From a virus (lineage: Duplodnaviria > Caudoviricetes): DNA of 64,000 bases. How positions within the stretch are numbered: the first letter of the stretch is position 1; each line of letters begins with the position of its first letter. Shown piece by piece: positions 37,048-46,763 of this stretch. Position numbers and translations under genes: made by a program. The stretch lies in the IMG/VR virus record IMGVR_UViG_3300037421_000032, positions 451 to 64,450 of that record; one strand, written 5' to 3'. The notes beneath the pieces were generated by a model. That model had not been told where the DNA came from. It saw only the letters and a program-made list of their open reading frames with translations, and ran no database searches.

Positions 37048-37223
37048 TCGGCGGCAATCTTCGTCGAGCCCATGTGGATTCGCGCGTGGATCAGGCAGAG
37101 CGACGCGGCCTTGATGAATCTCTCGGCCTGTTCCGAACTTCCCTGCGACCACTCGAATTGAGCGGCCGTGATCTTGTTGGCCGCGTCCGAGAGCAGGCTT
37201 TCGACCGCGGCGAGGTGATTCAT
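37044..37223 (-). CDS. small hypothetical protein
   Basis: Hand translation MNHLAAVESLLSDAANKITAAQFEWSQGSSEQAERF...; ATGA-coupled on both sides. Confidence 0.55.
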   Translation of the reverse strand: MNHLAAVESLLSDAANKITAAQFEWSQGSSEQAERFIKAASLCLIHARIHMGSTKIAAE

Positions 37224-37468
37224 GACGACGACGTTTGCCCGAGCAACGATGCCTTGCCGGTGAAGGGCGCGGAATCGCCGCCGCTGCTTTCCAGTGTTCC
37301 GCCATAGCCTCCCTTGCCGCTGGCCTGTGCGGCACGGCCGCGTTGTTGGGCTCCGGCAAGGGCTACGGCGGTTTCCGCCATGGTCGGGGGGATCGCTGCG
37401 GGCGGCAATGGCGGCGGGGCTGGAGGTGGCGGCGGCGACGCGCCGCCGGGAGAGAAGATCGCGCCCAT
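37220..37468 (-). CDS. small Pro-rich pre-portal virion protein
   Basis: MG..FS.G...PPPPP...SLLGQ pattern, typical of the T7 gp7.3-like gene before the portal. Confidence 0.7.
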   Translation of the reverse strand: MGAIFSPGGASPPPPPAPPPLPPAAIPPTMAETAVALAGAQQRGRAAQASGKGGYGGTLESSGGDSAPFTGKASLLGQTSSS

Positions 37469-37483
37469 GGTGAATGTCTCCGG

Positions 37484-37798
37484 TTAGAACAGAAGCGCAA
37501 GGCCGGCGGCAATGCCGATGACGAATGACGCGCCGGTCACGAATAGCACCGCGCGCATGGGCACCGGCTCAATCAGTTGCACGACGTAGCTGCAATAGCT
37601 CAAGCCCATGCTGGCGAGTGCCAAGCGCCAAGCGACGCCGTTATGCAGAACCATGCCGGCCATGAAACAGCCGACAAGGTAAATCGCGGAGTTGACCAAG
37701 ACGCCGCCCAGAATGGCGCTTCGGTGAACGCGCTTCATGGCGTCGGCCGGCGTATCGGTTCCGGGTCCGCCCAATGCTCTAGGCCATTCCGCGCCCAT
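37484..37798 (-). CDS. small multi-TM membrane protein
   Basis: Three hydrophobic segments. Confidence 0.6.
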   Translation of the reverse strand: MGAEWPRALGGPGTDTPADAMKRVHRSAILGGVLVNSAIYLVGCFMAGMVLHNGVAWRLALASMGLSYCSYVVQLIEPVPMRAVLFVTGASFVIGIAAGLALLF

Positions 37799-37801
37799 GG
37801 C

Positions 37802-38035
37802 TTACCTCGCAAACGGATCGTAATCGGCGGTGAAGTCGTTGCCGCGCGGAGAGCCCATGCGCAGTTCGAGGATGACCAGATCCGCAGCGGTCATCGATGC
37901 AAGCTCGCGCTCGGCGCGGACAAGGCATTGCTGGGCGTCGGCGATGCCCGCCGGATTGAAAGCCGCCCGCGCGATGAAGGCAATCATGGCCTTGCGCTGA
38001 TCGGGAGGAAGCTGGGCGGCGGGGGAATTAAGCAC
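37802..38035 (-). CDS. small protein ending in the TerL-like tail DYDPFAR
   Basis: C-terminus of ORF 37802..38221; start uncertain (GTG 38035 or ATG 37987). Confidence 0.5.
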   Translation of the reverse strand: MLNSPAAQLPPDQRKAMIAFIARAAFNPAGIADAQQCLVRAERELASMTAADLVILELRMGSPRGNDFTADYDPFAR

Positions 38036-38162
38036 GGGCGGGCATCCTTGAACGCGAGAAATGCCATGGAGAACGACCGGAGCGCAGGATGCCTTTCTGA
38101 AAGCCGAGCCCCGTGCTGCCCGACCAAGGAGTCCCGATCGTTCTAGCCGAAGACATTGGGAA

Positions 38163-38462
38163 TCAGAGGCCGCGATCGATGCGAGCCGATACGACGCTAA
38201 GCTGCGAGAGCAGATTGTCAAAGCGCGCCGCGTTTTCCGACATGCGATGGATCAGTGGGGCGGGATTCTGAGCACTCCCAGGCTTGCCGGTCGGGACGGC
38301 GTGCGGCTCTCCTCCGTGCAGACGGTCGGCGTGACCTCGCAGCCCACCGATTTCCTTTTCTAGCCGGTCGAGCAGGTTGTCGTATTCGGCCAGCGTCGAA
38401 TTGATCGATGGCGACGGCGGAGCGTCTGACGGGGCGGTCTGGGCACTCTTCCATGGTTCCAT
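38163..38462 (-). CDS. small coiled-coil hypothetical protein
   Basis: AGGAGG RBS. Confidence 0.65.
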   Translation of the reverse strand: MEPWKSAQTAPSDAPPSPSINSTLAEYDNLLDRLEKEIGGLRGHADRLHGGEPHAVPTGKPGSAQNPAPLIHRMSENAARFDNLLSQLSVVSARIDRGL

Positions 38463-38482
38463 GTGGTCCTCCTATCGCCGGA

Positions 38483-40024
38483 CTATCGCGCCGGCCTCGC
38501 GAACGGATCATATTCCACTTCCATTTGCGGGCGCTTCTCGAACGCGGCCGAGTGATCGGACTGGCCGAGCGCGTAGGCGAAGGTTAATGCTAAGCTGTCA
38601 CCGTCGTCTGGACTCGCTAGGCCGCGCTTTTTCATGTGTTCCTTCTTTTCGAGCAGAATCGCCTCGCGGCCCTGCTTCATCGTGTAGCCGTATTCTACGG
38701 CGGTCAAGTCGGCGATCAGCTCGGGATCGTTGTCGATCATGCCGCCTTTGAGCCATTCGCGCGTCGCACCCCACATTTCGGCGCGTTTATTGGCAAACCA
38801 TTCGCCAGCGGCATGTCCGTGCGGGTCGCGATCGGGCTCGGACCCGAAGTTGACCTCTCGGAAGGGGATACGCAAAAGGCGCAGGTTGTCCACAACAGAA
38901 GCGCCGGGACCGCCGCCATCCACAAAAATCGCGTCAGGCTGGTATTTCCGCCATAGCTCGGCGACGCGGGCGGCGACCTGCATGCCGTCCATGTTGCGCA
39001 GCTTGAGCGGCGGGATGGTGCGGGCGTCGCGGCCTCGGCGAAGGCGGATCACGGTCTTGTCGTCGCCGAAGCGGGCCACGTCGACGCCCATCACCAGCGG
39101 ATCGTAGAGACTGACCGGCATGTCGCGGGCAGGATCGGCCGCGGCATTGACCACCTCGCCCGAGATGAACTGCATCGAGTCGACGCGCGGGAACTCGCCT
39201 TTCACGCGCACGCGCACGAAGTCGGAGTCTTCGCCGTAGTCGGTGATCCAGCCGGCGATTTCCTCCTTGTTGGTGATCGGCACGTCGCGACTGTCGATTT
39301 GCGCCGTGTCCCAGCGATGCGAGAACTTGCCGCCCGCGAATAGCTCACGGAACCGGCCGGTATTCCGGGTCGGGTTGCCGAAAGCACACCAGATGATTTC
39401 GGTCCCGGTATCGGTTAGCGCCCCGGTCGACACGTCCCAGATCACGTCGGGAATGCCGGATGCTTCGTCGAACAGCAGGACGATGCGCTTGCCCTGGTTA
39501 TGCAGGCCGGCGAAGGCTTCCGTCCGCGTCTCATTCCAAGTGATCGCATCGATGCGCCAGGTCGCCGCGTGCGCCGGATCGACCGAATAGATCGACTTTG
39601 CCGTGAGCGCAAACCAATGGCCGCAGATGCACAGCCGTTTCCAGCGCGCAAGGCTGGCCCAGGTCTTGAGCCGGAGCTGATCGGCGGTGTTCGCCGTGAC
39701 CACGCCGAGCGTGTCGACGCGGGTCGAGATCGCCCAGAGGATGATGATGGCGATAAGGGTCGACTTGCCGATGCCGTGGCCGGATGCCCGCGCAATGCGG
39801 ATGGCTTCGCCTACCGTGACGAGCCCGTCGCGGATATCGGCGAGAATCTTGCGCTGCCAGGCTTGCAGCTCTTGCTTGGCGAGTTCGCCCTCGCCCCAGG
39901 GAAATGCGAAGTCCGCGAAGCCGAGCGGGTCGTGCGCGTAGGCTTCGATCTCATCGATCAGTTGGATTTCAGGATCGACGGCGGCCGGCGAAGACGGGCG
40001 GGATTCGTCGGCTTGCAGGGACAT
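38483..40024 (-). CDS. terL: terminase large subunit
   Basis: ASGHGIGKS Walker A, LLFDEASG Walker B, GNPTRNTGRF, nuclease GVDVARFGDD, SPDDGDSLALTF. Confidence 0.95.
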   Translation of the reverse strand: MSLQADESRPSSPAAVDPEIQLIDEIEAYAHDPLGFADFAFPWGEGELAKQELQAWQRKILADIRDGLVTVGEAIRIARASGHGIGKSTLIAIIILWAISTRVDTLGVVTANTADQLRLKTWASLARWKRLCICGHWFALTAKSIYSVDPAHAATWRIDAITWNETRTEAFAGLHNQGKRIVLLFDEASGIPDVIWDVSTGALTDTGTEIIWCAFGNPTRNTGRFRELFAGGKFSHRWDTAQIDSRDVPITNKEEIAGWITDYGEDSDFVRVRVKGEFPRVDSMQFISGEVVNAAADPARDMPVSLYDPLVMGVDVARFGDDKTVIRLRRGRDARTIPPLKLRNMDGMQVAARVAELWRKYQPDAIFVDGGGPGASVVDNLRLLRIPFREVNFGSEPDRDPHGHAAGEWFANKRAEMWGATREWLKGGMIDNDPELIADLTAVEYGYTMKQGREAILLEKKEHMKKRGLASPDDGDSLALTFAYALGQSDHSAAFEKRPQMEVEYDPFARPAR

Positions 40025-40028
40025 GGAA

Positions 40029-40166
40029 TCAACTGGCAAACATTCCGACCGCAAAGGCGTAAAGGACGATGCCGCAAAGCGCAGCGATCGAGCCGAGCAG
40101 GATCGCCATCACGATCCGATGCGCGCGGGGTTCGTCGAAGTCGTCCCATATGTCAGGCTGGCGCAT
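40029..40166 (-). CDS. small single-TM protein
   Basis: Hand translation MRQPDIWDDFDEPRAHRIVMAILLGSIAALCGIVLYAFAVGMFAS; GGAGG RBS. Confidence 0.55.
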   Translation of the reverse strand: MRQPDIWDDFDEPRAHRIVMAILLGSIAALCGIVLYAFAVGMFAS

Positions 40167-40250
40167 TAGTCCTCCAGTCGCCAGAAGGGCTCAGGAAGTG
40201 GGTAACGCCATCCCATTCGCCGGCAAAATTCCGGCAACGTCAATGGCGGC

Positions 40251-40868
40251 TCACGCCGCGGAGGCGTTCGGCTGATGCTCGATGACGCGGGTCGGCTCGC
40301 TGCCGATTTGGCGTTGGGCGCGGCGGGCTCGGGCGGCATTGAGACGTTCCCCCAATCCTTCGATGATTTCGACCGATCCGGCCGGGCTGTCGATTCTCGT
40401 AACGCGGGCGGCCTGCGGCTTCTCAGGCTTGAGGTAGTCGAGCAGTGCCTTGTTGGCAACCGTCTTGTCGTGGAATTTGAGCTTCGGGCGGCCGTCGCTG
40501 TCAAAGCCGACCTCGGCGATGGCATAGGCTTGCTCGGGCGTGAGTTTGGATAGATCCACGCGGAAGCTGCCGTCTGTCGGATCGATCTTGATAACGTCGA
40601 TCACGTTCGCCTCGGCGATCTTCTTGAGGTTGGCGAGTGTCCAGGCGAGATGCACGCCGGCCATTTCGTCGGCCCGCTTGACGGCGGCGCGGAGCATCTT
40701 TTGCGCCCGCGGATCGTTGAGGATTTTCCGGCCGTTACCGGCGTTCTGAGTGTAGGGAGGTGAGGCGCGGCTTTGCGCCAGCTTGATGTCGCAGCACACC
40801 GCGAATTCGCGAATGAATGACTTGGCGCGCTCGCTCAGTTCCTCGGGTCTATGCTGCTTACGGCTCAT
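40251..40868 (-). CDS. terS: terminase small subunit
   Basis: LSERAKSFIREF N-terminal HTH-like segment, KLKFHDKTVA..AL; upstream of TerL. Confidence 0.8.
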   Translation of the reverse strand: MSRKQHRPEELSERAKSFIREFAVCCDIKLAQSRASPPYTQNAGNGRKILNDPRAQKMLRAAVKRADEMAGVHLAWTLANLKKIAEANVIDVIKIDPTDGSFRVDLSKLTPEQAYAIAEVGFDSDGRPKLKFHDKTVANKALLDYLKPEKPQAARVTRIDSPAGSVEIIEGLGERLNAARARRAQRQIGSEPTRVIEHQPNASAA

Positions 40869-41143
40869 GACAGAGATTCGCTTGAGTCATTCCCGCCACA
40901 ATTTCGCCCAGGTTGCCCCCTGCATCGATTCAGGATTTAGCAAAGATGGATTAAGGCGGCCCGAGAGTCAAGACTCAGCCGGTTCCCCGGCCTTGCGGGC
41001 TTGGAAGGCGCGTTCTTCCGCGCTCGGCTCGCCGCGGTCGTAAAAGCACTCTCGAATGCCAAGGTGGGCGAGCGCACGCGCTCGCTTGGCAGAAAGCTGC
41101 CGACGGATGCCGCAGGGTTCAGCGGGCTCGATTGCGAGCCCAC

Positions 41144-41887
41144 TTACCGGGCGGCGCGTGCCTTTCGTGGCCGAGCCGCCTCGCCGTAGTAGCAGAACCA
41201 TTTGCCACGCTTTCCTTCACGCACCTCGGGACATATACGCGTTCCCGTGACGTTTTGGAAGTCATCGGCGAAGATCGCCCATTGAGGATCGTCGCAATTG
41301 ATCCACACGAACTGCCCGTCCTCGCTTCGCGCGCCTTGCCGCGGCCTCGACAGCTTGCTGATCCTGAATGCCTCTTTCTTATCCTTTGATTCTGTGGTTA
41401 TGCTGCTTTCGGCCGTGTTTTCCCGCATGATTCCAGGCAGTTGCGGGGCGTCTTGTACGAAAGCGCGCACCGAAGATCGCGCGGAGCCGCCCGCCGCGCC
41501 GCGTAGCTGGCCCTGGAAATCATTGTAGTTGCAGATCGTTATGCGCGTCGCATTACGCGACACTTGCGTATGAATCTGCGTATGAATCTCCGTACGAATA
41601 GCTTCGGACAAAATTTTTTCGTGCCGTCTCAGGAGCGAAAGGAAGTATTGGACGGTACTCGGCGGCCATTCCCACGCCTCAGCGAGCCCGCGGACGGTCG
41701 TGGCAAGCTGGCCGCGCTGCACCTCGACCACGGCGAGGCCGACGCGCTGGCCGCCAGGCTTCCATGCCGCCTTGGCTACCAGCCATTGGAAAGCGTAGAG
41801 CCGCTGCGGGCGGCCGAGGAATAGCGGATCATCGAGGATTCGCCGATCAATGGCGATGTAGCCTATCGACTGGCGCTCGCGGCTCAT
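41144..41887 (-). CDS. phage replication initiator (replisome organizer, winged helix)
   Basis: IAIDRRI...VQRGQLATTVRGLAEAWEW..STV..FL...TRITICNYNDFQ. Confidence 0.8.
   Translation of the reverse strand: MSRERQSIGYIAIDRRILDDPLFLGRPQRLYAFQWLVAKAAWKPGGQRVGLAVVEVQRGQLATTVRGLAEAWEWPPSTVQYFLSLLRRHEKILSEAIRTEIHTQIHTQVSRNATRITICNYNDFQGQLRGAAGGSARSSVRAFVQDAPQLPGIMRENTAESSITTESKDKKEAFRISKLSRPRQGARSEDGQFVWINCDDPQWAIFADDFQNVTGTRICPEVREGKRGKWFCYYGEAARPRKARAAR
41566..41600. repeat. 12-bp tandem repeats inside the initiator gene (possible iterons)
   Basis: TGCGTATGAATC TGCGTATGAATC TCCGTACGAAT, next to an A/T run at about 41610-41620. Confidence 0.55.
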
Positions 41888-42093
41888 TTTGGCCGCTGGT
41901 TATCATTGCGGGCCTTTTTGGGCCGCTCCCACGGCAACATGCACCCGATCATCGTATATGCCGGCTCGCGGTCGCCCTTGGGGTATGGATCGTATTTCAT
42001 GATTGGCCCGTGCCACCAATTTTGGAGAACCGAAGCCTTTTCCACAAAGACGATAAAGCTGTAATCTCGTACCATTACCCCCTCCCGCTCCAC
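41884..42093 (-). CDS. hypothetical protein
   Basis: ORF track; coupled to the initiator. Confidence 0.45.
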   Translation of the reverse strand: MEREGVMVRDYSFIVFVEKASVLQNWWHGPIMKYDPYPKGDREPAYTMIGCMLPWERPKKARNDNQRPK

Positions 42094-42617
42094 CTTCGCC
42101 CGCGCTCATACGGACCTTCTTTGAACGGCGCCGTGAGCGGGATTGCGGCGCCGGGCGGCGCCGGGGTGCCGAGATTCTGGCCCATGGGAGCCATGGGCGG
42201 CGCGCCTTTTGCGATTAGCTCGGCTAGGCGGCGATCGCGCATGGCTTCGGATTCACGCTCCGCGGGGCTTATTTCGGGAGGATATTCAACTTCCGCGTGG
42301 GGGCCCAATGGTTCGGCAACCGTAGGAGAGGGAGGAAAGTCGGCCGCCTGCGGCGGGGGAGCGGCCTGCTCGGCTGCGGAACCTCGATAGGGATCAGCGG
42401 GTTGCGGCGCGGATGGCTCGGCCGTACCATAAACGGGCATCAATGGCGGTAGCTCGGCTGGGTTCCCCGGCGCGAAAGCGCCGGCCAGCCTTCCCTTTCT
42501 AATCATCATCCGCACGAGCGTTGCTTTATCGCAGCCGATTCGTTCGGATTCTGAGGAAAGCCATGCGTCATCGTCATTGGAAATGCGCACGACGATTCGA
42601 TAGTCGGAATTGGACAT
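42075..42617 (-). CDS. ribbon-helix-helix DNA-binding protein with Pro-rich tail
   Basis: IVVRISNDDDAWLSSESERIGCDKATLVRMMI. Confidence 0.65.
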   Translation of the reverse strand: MSNSDYRIVVRISNDDDAWLSSESERIGCDKATLVRMMIRKGRLAGAFAPGNPAELPPLMPVYGTAEPSAPQPADPYRGSAAEQAAPPPQAADFPPSPTVAEPLGPHAEVEYPPEISPAERESEAMRDRRLAELIAKGAPPMAPMGQNLGTPAPPGAAIPLTAPFKEGPYERGRRWSGRG

Positions 42618-42830
42618 TCAGTTCGGCCGCAGATCGCAGGGATGGCCGCCTTTGGCGGAAGAAAGTTCCGCCTCGGCCACGAGGTCGAGGATATCATTCG
42701 CCAGAGCTTCGGCGACATCAAGGGCAAGCACCGCCTCGCAAACGGCTTTACCCTCGGGATTTAGTACTCGCACCGTGACCGTTTTGTCAGGCGAGAGGGC
42801 GAGGTCGATGGAGCCGGCGCGGTTTTCCAT
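42618..42830 (-). CDS. hypothetical protein
   Basis: MENRAGSIDLALSPDK; stop adjacent to the next ATG. Confidence 0.5.
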   Translation of the reverse strand: MENRAGSIDLALSPDKTVTVRVLNPEGKAVCEAVLALDVAEALANDILDLVAEAELSSAKGGHPCDLRPN

Positions 42831-42909
42831 GGAGCGGGAAGGTGCGCCGGGATTCGCCGGGGCTTTGATCACAACTTCGTGATCGGACGATATTGCATGT
42901 GCAAGCCTG

Positions 42910-42938
42910 TTGACAAGCCGGAAATCGTTTCCTATTGT
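42910..42938 (+). promoter_or_regulatory. sigma70-type early promoter
   Basis: TTGACA-17 nt-TATTGT upstream of the first rightward gene, with palindrome TTGCATGTGCAA at 42893-42904. Confidence 0.7.
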
Positions 42939-42966
42939 CATTGCGTAGGCAAGGAAAGGAGAACAG

Positions 42967-43140
42967 ATGACCGAACGCCCGACCGACATCACGCTGCCCG
43001 CCGGCTGGACCTGGGAGCACGTCGAGGCTTCCCGCGCGAAGTGGGACATCGCGGCAAACATGGTGCCGATCGCCGTCGCCCCTGGTGTTGTTGCCTGGGG
43101 CACAATCAATAGCGTCCGACAAGAGAGGGGGACACGATGA
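42967..43140 (+). CDS. small early protein
   Basis: AAGGAG RBS; ATGA-coupled to the next gene. Confidence 0.55.
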   Translation: MTERPTDITLPAGWTWEHVEASRAKWDIAANMVPIAVAPGVVAWGTINSVRQERGTR

Positions 43141-43703
43141 AGCACACATTCCCGCGCGATTTCTACCTGCCAAAGAGCGAGACGCTGACGCCGTTCGATT
43201 GTGCCGGCACCGATGCTGCGATCTGGACCTACGAGCACGGAACGCAGCCCTACGCGATCGGATTCCACGGCAAGGCGGCAAAGCCGGACTTTCATCTGTC
43301 GTTCCGCACGGTCGAGCGCCGCGCGGGATACATCGCCGGTTATCTCGACGGGCGCAAGCGGCGCGCCGTCATGATGGCAGAGCGCAGGACGACGCGCTCG
43401 GCGCCGCACACGCTCAAGGTCGGCGATATCCTGGTGTCCTCGTGGGGCTACGATCAGACAAACATCGACTACTACCAAGTGACCCGCGTTCCCGGTCCCT
43501 CGACGGTCGAGATTCGCAAGATCGCCGCCAACTCGGGACCGGAGGAAGGATTCATGACGGCTTCCTGCACGGCCGCGCGCGACAAGTTCATCGGCGAGCC
43601 GATGATAAAGCGGGCGAGCGCCGGCAACTGTGTGCGGATCGCAAGCTACGCTTCCGCCTCACCATGGGACGGAAAGCCGGATCGTTATTCTTGGTACGCT
43701 TAG
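43137..43703 (+). CDS. conserved early phage/plasmid protein
   Basis: LKVGDILVSSWGYDQTNIDYYQV motif. Confidence 0.75.
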   Translation: MKHTFPRDFYLPKSETLTPFDCAGTDAAIWTYEHGTQPYAIGFHGKAAKPDFHLSFRTVERRAGYIAGYLDGRKRRAVMMAERRTTRSAPHTLKVGDILVSSWGYDQTNIDYYQVTRVPGPSTVEIRKIAANSGPEEGFMTASCTAARDKFIGEPMIKRASAGNCVRIASYASASPWDGKPDRYSWYA

Positions 43704-43740
43704 ACGGCCGCCGCTGCGCGGCGGAAGGAAAGGAAGGCAG

Positions 43741-44031
43741 ATGACAAAGAGCTTTCGCTTCTACTACGATCCGGGCCACGGCTGGCTCGAAGTGAGCCTC
43801 GCCGATATGGCTGAGGTTGGTTTGCCGCTCTCGGCAATCAGCCGCTACAGCTACCGCAAGGGTGATGTGCTCTATTTGGAGGAAGACTGCGACTGCGGCA
43901 AGTTCGTCGACGCCTTTCAGGCGAAGTTTGATTGCTCGCCGCACATATGGGAGTGCGACGGCGGCGAGTTCATTCGCGGCCTAAAGCGCGTCAATGAGTG
44001 GTTTAATTTCCCGGCGACGGAGGATGCATGA
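43741..44031 (+). CDS. conserved early phage protein
   Basis: DPGHGWLEV...SY...YLEEDCD motif. Confidence 0.75.
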   Translation: MTKSFRFYYDPGHGWLEVSLADMAEVGLPLSAISRYSYRKGDVLYLEEDCDCGKFVDAFQAKFDCSPHIWECDGGEFIRGLKRVNEWFNFPATEDA

Positions 44032-44210
44032 GTGCATGCCCGTGGTGCGGAAGCGACAAGGCTCCGCTTCCCACTATCGATCACTTGGACGAAGCCGAGT
44101 TCGTCTATGTCAAGCCGTCCAAGTGTGCGGCTCAACGTAACCCCTGCATGTGCCCGGATTGTCACGGAGTCGGCGGGCGCGAGGATTTCATGGGATGGGT
44201 GTCCGAATGA
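44028..44210 (+). CDS. small Cys-rich (zinc-binding) protein
   Basis: CPWC...CPDC. Confidence 0.5.
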   Translation: MSACPWCGSDKAPLPTIDHLDEAEFVYVKPSKCAAQRNPCMCPDCHGVGGREDFMGWVSE

Positions 44211-44437
44211 AACTTTCTCCGCAAATGTCATCCGCTCTCGCTGCGATAAGCGAGAGCGGCGGATTAGCGATTCCGTTTGGCGGGGGATTCTGGATCGGCA
44301 AAGGCGGGGAAACTTTCGACTTCGCCAATGCGACTCAGACGATCTACGCGCTGGAACGGAGAGGACTCTTGAAGCGGCTCATGAAGCGCAAGGAATCATG
44401 GGCGGATACTTACGAGATCGTGCAGGGGGGATTCTGA
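44207..44437 (+). CDS. hypothetical protein
   Basis: Coupled on both sides; TIYALERRGLL. Confidence 0.5.
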   Translation: MKLSPQMSSALAAISESGGLAIPFGGGFWIGKGGETFDFANATQTIYALERRGLLKRLMKRKESWADTYEIVQGGF

Positions 44438-45231
44438 TGAACTGGTACGAGGAAAAGCAGGAACGGCGCCGCGAGCGGCTGGAAGCGAAAGCCGGCCGCC
44501 TTCGGCGGGAAGGCGAAGCGAAGTGGAAGCAAGGGGAACTGATGTTCTCCGCGATTCCCTTCGGGCAACCGATCCTTGTCGGACACCACAGCGAGGGCCG
44601 TGATCGGCGCTACCGCGAGCGGGCGCGCAACAATCTGCGCAAGGGCGCCGAATTGACGAAGGAAGCCCAAGAGGCCGAGCGGCGCGCGGAGTCGGTCGGC
44701 AGCGGCGGGATTTCCTCGGATGATCCTGCGGCCGTGGTCAAGCTGCGCGAGCAGCTTGTCAAGCTGGAGGAACGGCAAGCCAAGATGGCGGCAGCGAACA
44801 AGCTTGTTCGCAAGTACAAAGCAACGCCGGAGGAATCACTCACGGCTTTCGCCCAACTTGGCTTCCCCGAGGGGATCGCCCGCAAGCTGTTCGAGCCGGA
44901 CTTTTGCGGGCGCATCGGATTCCCGGCGTATGAGTTGACCAACAACGGCGCCAACATTCGCCGGATCAAGGCGCGCATTCAAGCCCTCGGCCGCAAGCCG
45001 ACCGAGACGAAAGAGACGGAGATCGGCAACGTCCGCCTGGTCGAGAACGCCGAGATAAACCGCGTTCAACTGTTCTTCCCGGCGAAGCCGGCCTCTGAAA
45101 TTCGCCAAATGCTCAAGACCGCCGGATTCAAATGGGCGCCCACAGAGGGCGCTTGGCAGCGGCAGTTGAGCGCCTGGGCCGTTCATGCGGCGCAGAGTCT
45201 AATCGAGAAGATCGGAAAGGGGGAATCATGA
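44437..45231 (+). CDS. DUF3560-family protein
   Basis: IPFGQPILVGHHSEGRDRR; C-terminal GFKWAP..GAWQR. Confidence 0.85.
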   Translation: MNWYEEKQERRRERLEAKAGRLRREGEAKWKQGELMFSAIPFGQPILVGHHSEGRDRRYRERARNNLRKGAELTKEAQEAERRAESVGSGGISSDDPAAVVKLREQLVKLEERQAKMAAANKLVRKYKATPEESLTAFAQLGFPEGIARKLFEPDFCGRIGFPAYELTNNGANIRRIKARIQALGRKPTETKETEIGNVRLVENAEINRVQLFFPAKPASEIRQMLKTAGFKWAPTEGAWQRQLSAWAVHAAQSLIEKIGKGES

Positions 45232-45578
45232 AGGAAACAGCACAACAGAGTGTCGAGTTGAAATACCGTTTCAAGCGGCATTTCCTAGTGTGCGGCTACT
45301 ACATTCCATTGCCACTCGACTTGGCGCGCGAACGCGACGAATATCCTCTTGAGTGGGCGGAAGCCTGCCAAGAGTGGGAACAGTACGGCACACTCGAATG
45401 ACTCTCGCTCAAACTCTCTCCGGCGAGCGCCAAGTCGAGCGCGAGCTAAACGCTCTCGGCTGGTATCGCGTGCGAGGATTCGCAACTTCAATATGGGAGC
45501 ATGAGCCGCGCTTGCATTTCTATCTGACAGGAAGCGCGGTTATTGCTCTGCATCAACTCAAACAGAAGGAGTCTGAAA

Positions 45579-46394
45579 GTGCCACGTCCGAAAACAGGAT
45601 ATAGGCTGGCCGATGGAACGGAAGTTCCCGGCGTTACCACGATCGCCGGCCGCTTCAAAAATTCCGGCGCAATAGTCCAATGGGCTTTCAGGCAAGGGCG
45701 CCTCGGCTTGCCGAGCCTTTACGCCAAGCTCGATCAAGAAGCCGACATCGGAACGTGCGTTCACGATATGGTCGGCCTCGCATTCCGGGGAAAGGGTGAT
45801 GAGGAAATCCAGTTCTTCGCCCAGCAGGCTTTGCCTGATCCGGTCGACTTCGGCCGAGCCATGGCGGGCTTCCGCGCCTATCGCGCATGGGAGCAGAGCT
45901 TCAAGGTGCGCGTCGTCGATAGCGAATTGTCGCTTGTGTCCGAAAAGCACAAGTACGGCGGCACGCTCGACTTTACCGCCGTCGTCGGCAACGAGCTGGC
46001 GTTGCTGGAGATCAAGACGGCCTCCGGCATTTATGCCGACCATTTGATTCAAGGGAGCGCGTACAAGCCGCTCTATGAAGAACGCTTCCCCGAGCGGGCG
46101 TTGACCGGCGGTTATCACGTCATCCGTCTGCCGAAGGACGGTTCATCGTTCGCCCATCATCACTACCCTTGGAAGCAATTGCGCCCGTGCTGGCGGTTGT
46201 TTAAGCTTTACCGTCAGGCGTTCGATCTTGCGAAACAAGTTGAGGATCGCAAGTTCCTCGCAGGAGCGAGGATTACCGCTGAGCCAAGGGCGAAGCGGCA
46301 ATCTTCTAAGAAATCGTATCCCGCGATGATTCTTCCAAATTACGATGTGAAGGTGGCCGTCGCCTTCGGCAACGGGAAGGAAGGTAGCACATGA
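45579..46394 (+). CDS. PD-(D/E)XK exonuclease-like protein
   Basis: PGVTTI...IGT.VH...E..L..YGGTLD...EIKT...Q..AY. Confidence 0.8.
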   Translation: MPRPKTGYRLADGTEVPGVTTIAGRFKNSGAIVQWAFRQGRLGLPSLYAKLDQEADIGTCVHDMVGLAFRGKGDEEIQFFAQQALPDPVDFGRAMAGFRAYRAWEQSFKVRVVDSELSLVSEKHKYGGTLDFTAVVGNELALLEIKTASGIYADHLIQGSAYKPLYEERFPERALTGGYHVIRLPKDGSSFAHHHYPWKQLRPCWRLFKLYRQAFDLAKQVEDRKFLAGARITAEPRAKRQSSKKSYPAMILPNYDVKVAVAFGNGKEGST

Positions 46395-46588
46395 CCCCAC
46401 ACTGGTCCGCTTACTGGAATCTCATCAAGGCCGCGCCCGAATTGTTGGCCGCGCTGAAAGACCTCGCGGACGACTGCGACGAATACGTCCGCATCAACAA
46501 TCTGCACAACAAAGACGGCGGCCCGGCCACTAACCACGCCATGCGGCGCGCTCGCGCCGCCATTGCCAAGGCTGAGGGCCGAACATGA
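46391..46588 (+). CDS. small phage protein
   Basis: LIKAAPELLAALK...ARAAIAKAEG. Confidence 0.65.
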   Translation: MTPHWSAYWNLIKAAPELLAALKDLADDCDEYVRINNLHNKDGGPATNHAMRRARAAIAKAEGRT

Positions 46589-46763
46589 CCCGGATCAAAG
46601 TCTATTTGGACGGCCGCCTTCGCATCGACGAATCGGCAACTAATGCCGATCTTGAACGCTTGGACGAAGCAGTCGAGCAGATGGAAACCGATTGCCTCGC
46701 CTATAATCATCGTTTGTTGATCGTTGCTCAAGAGGGCAACGTGCATGCGATCTTGGTTCGGAT

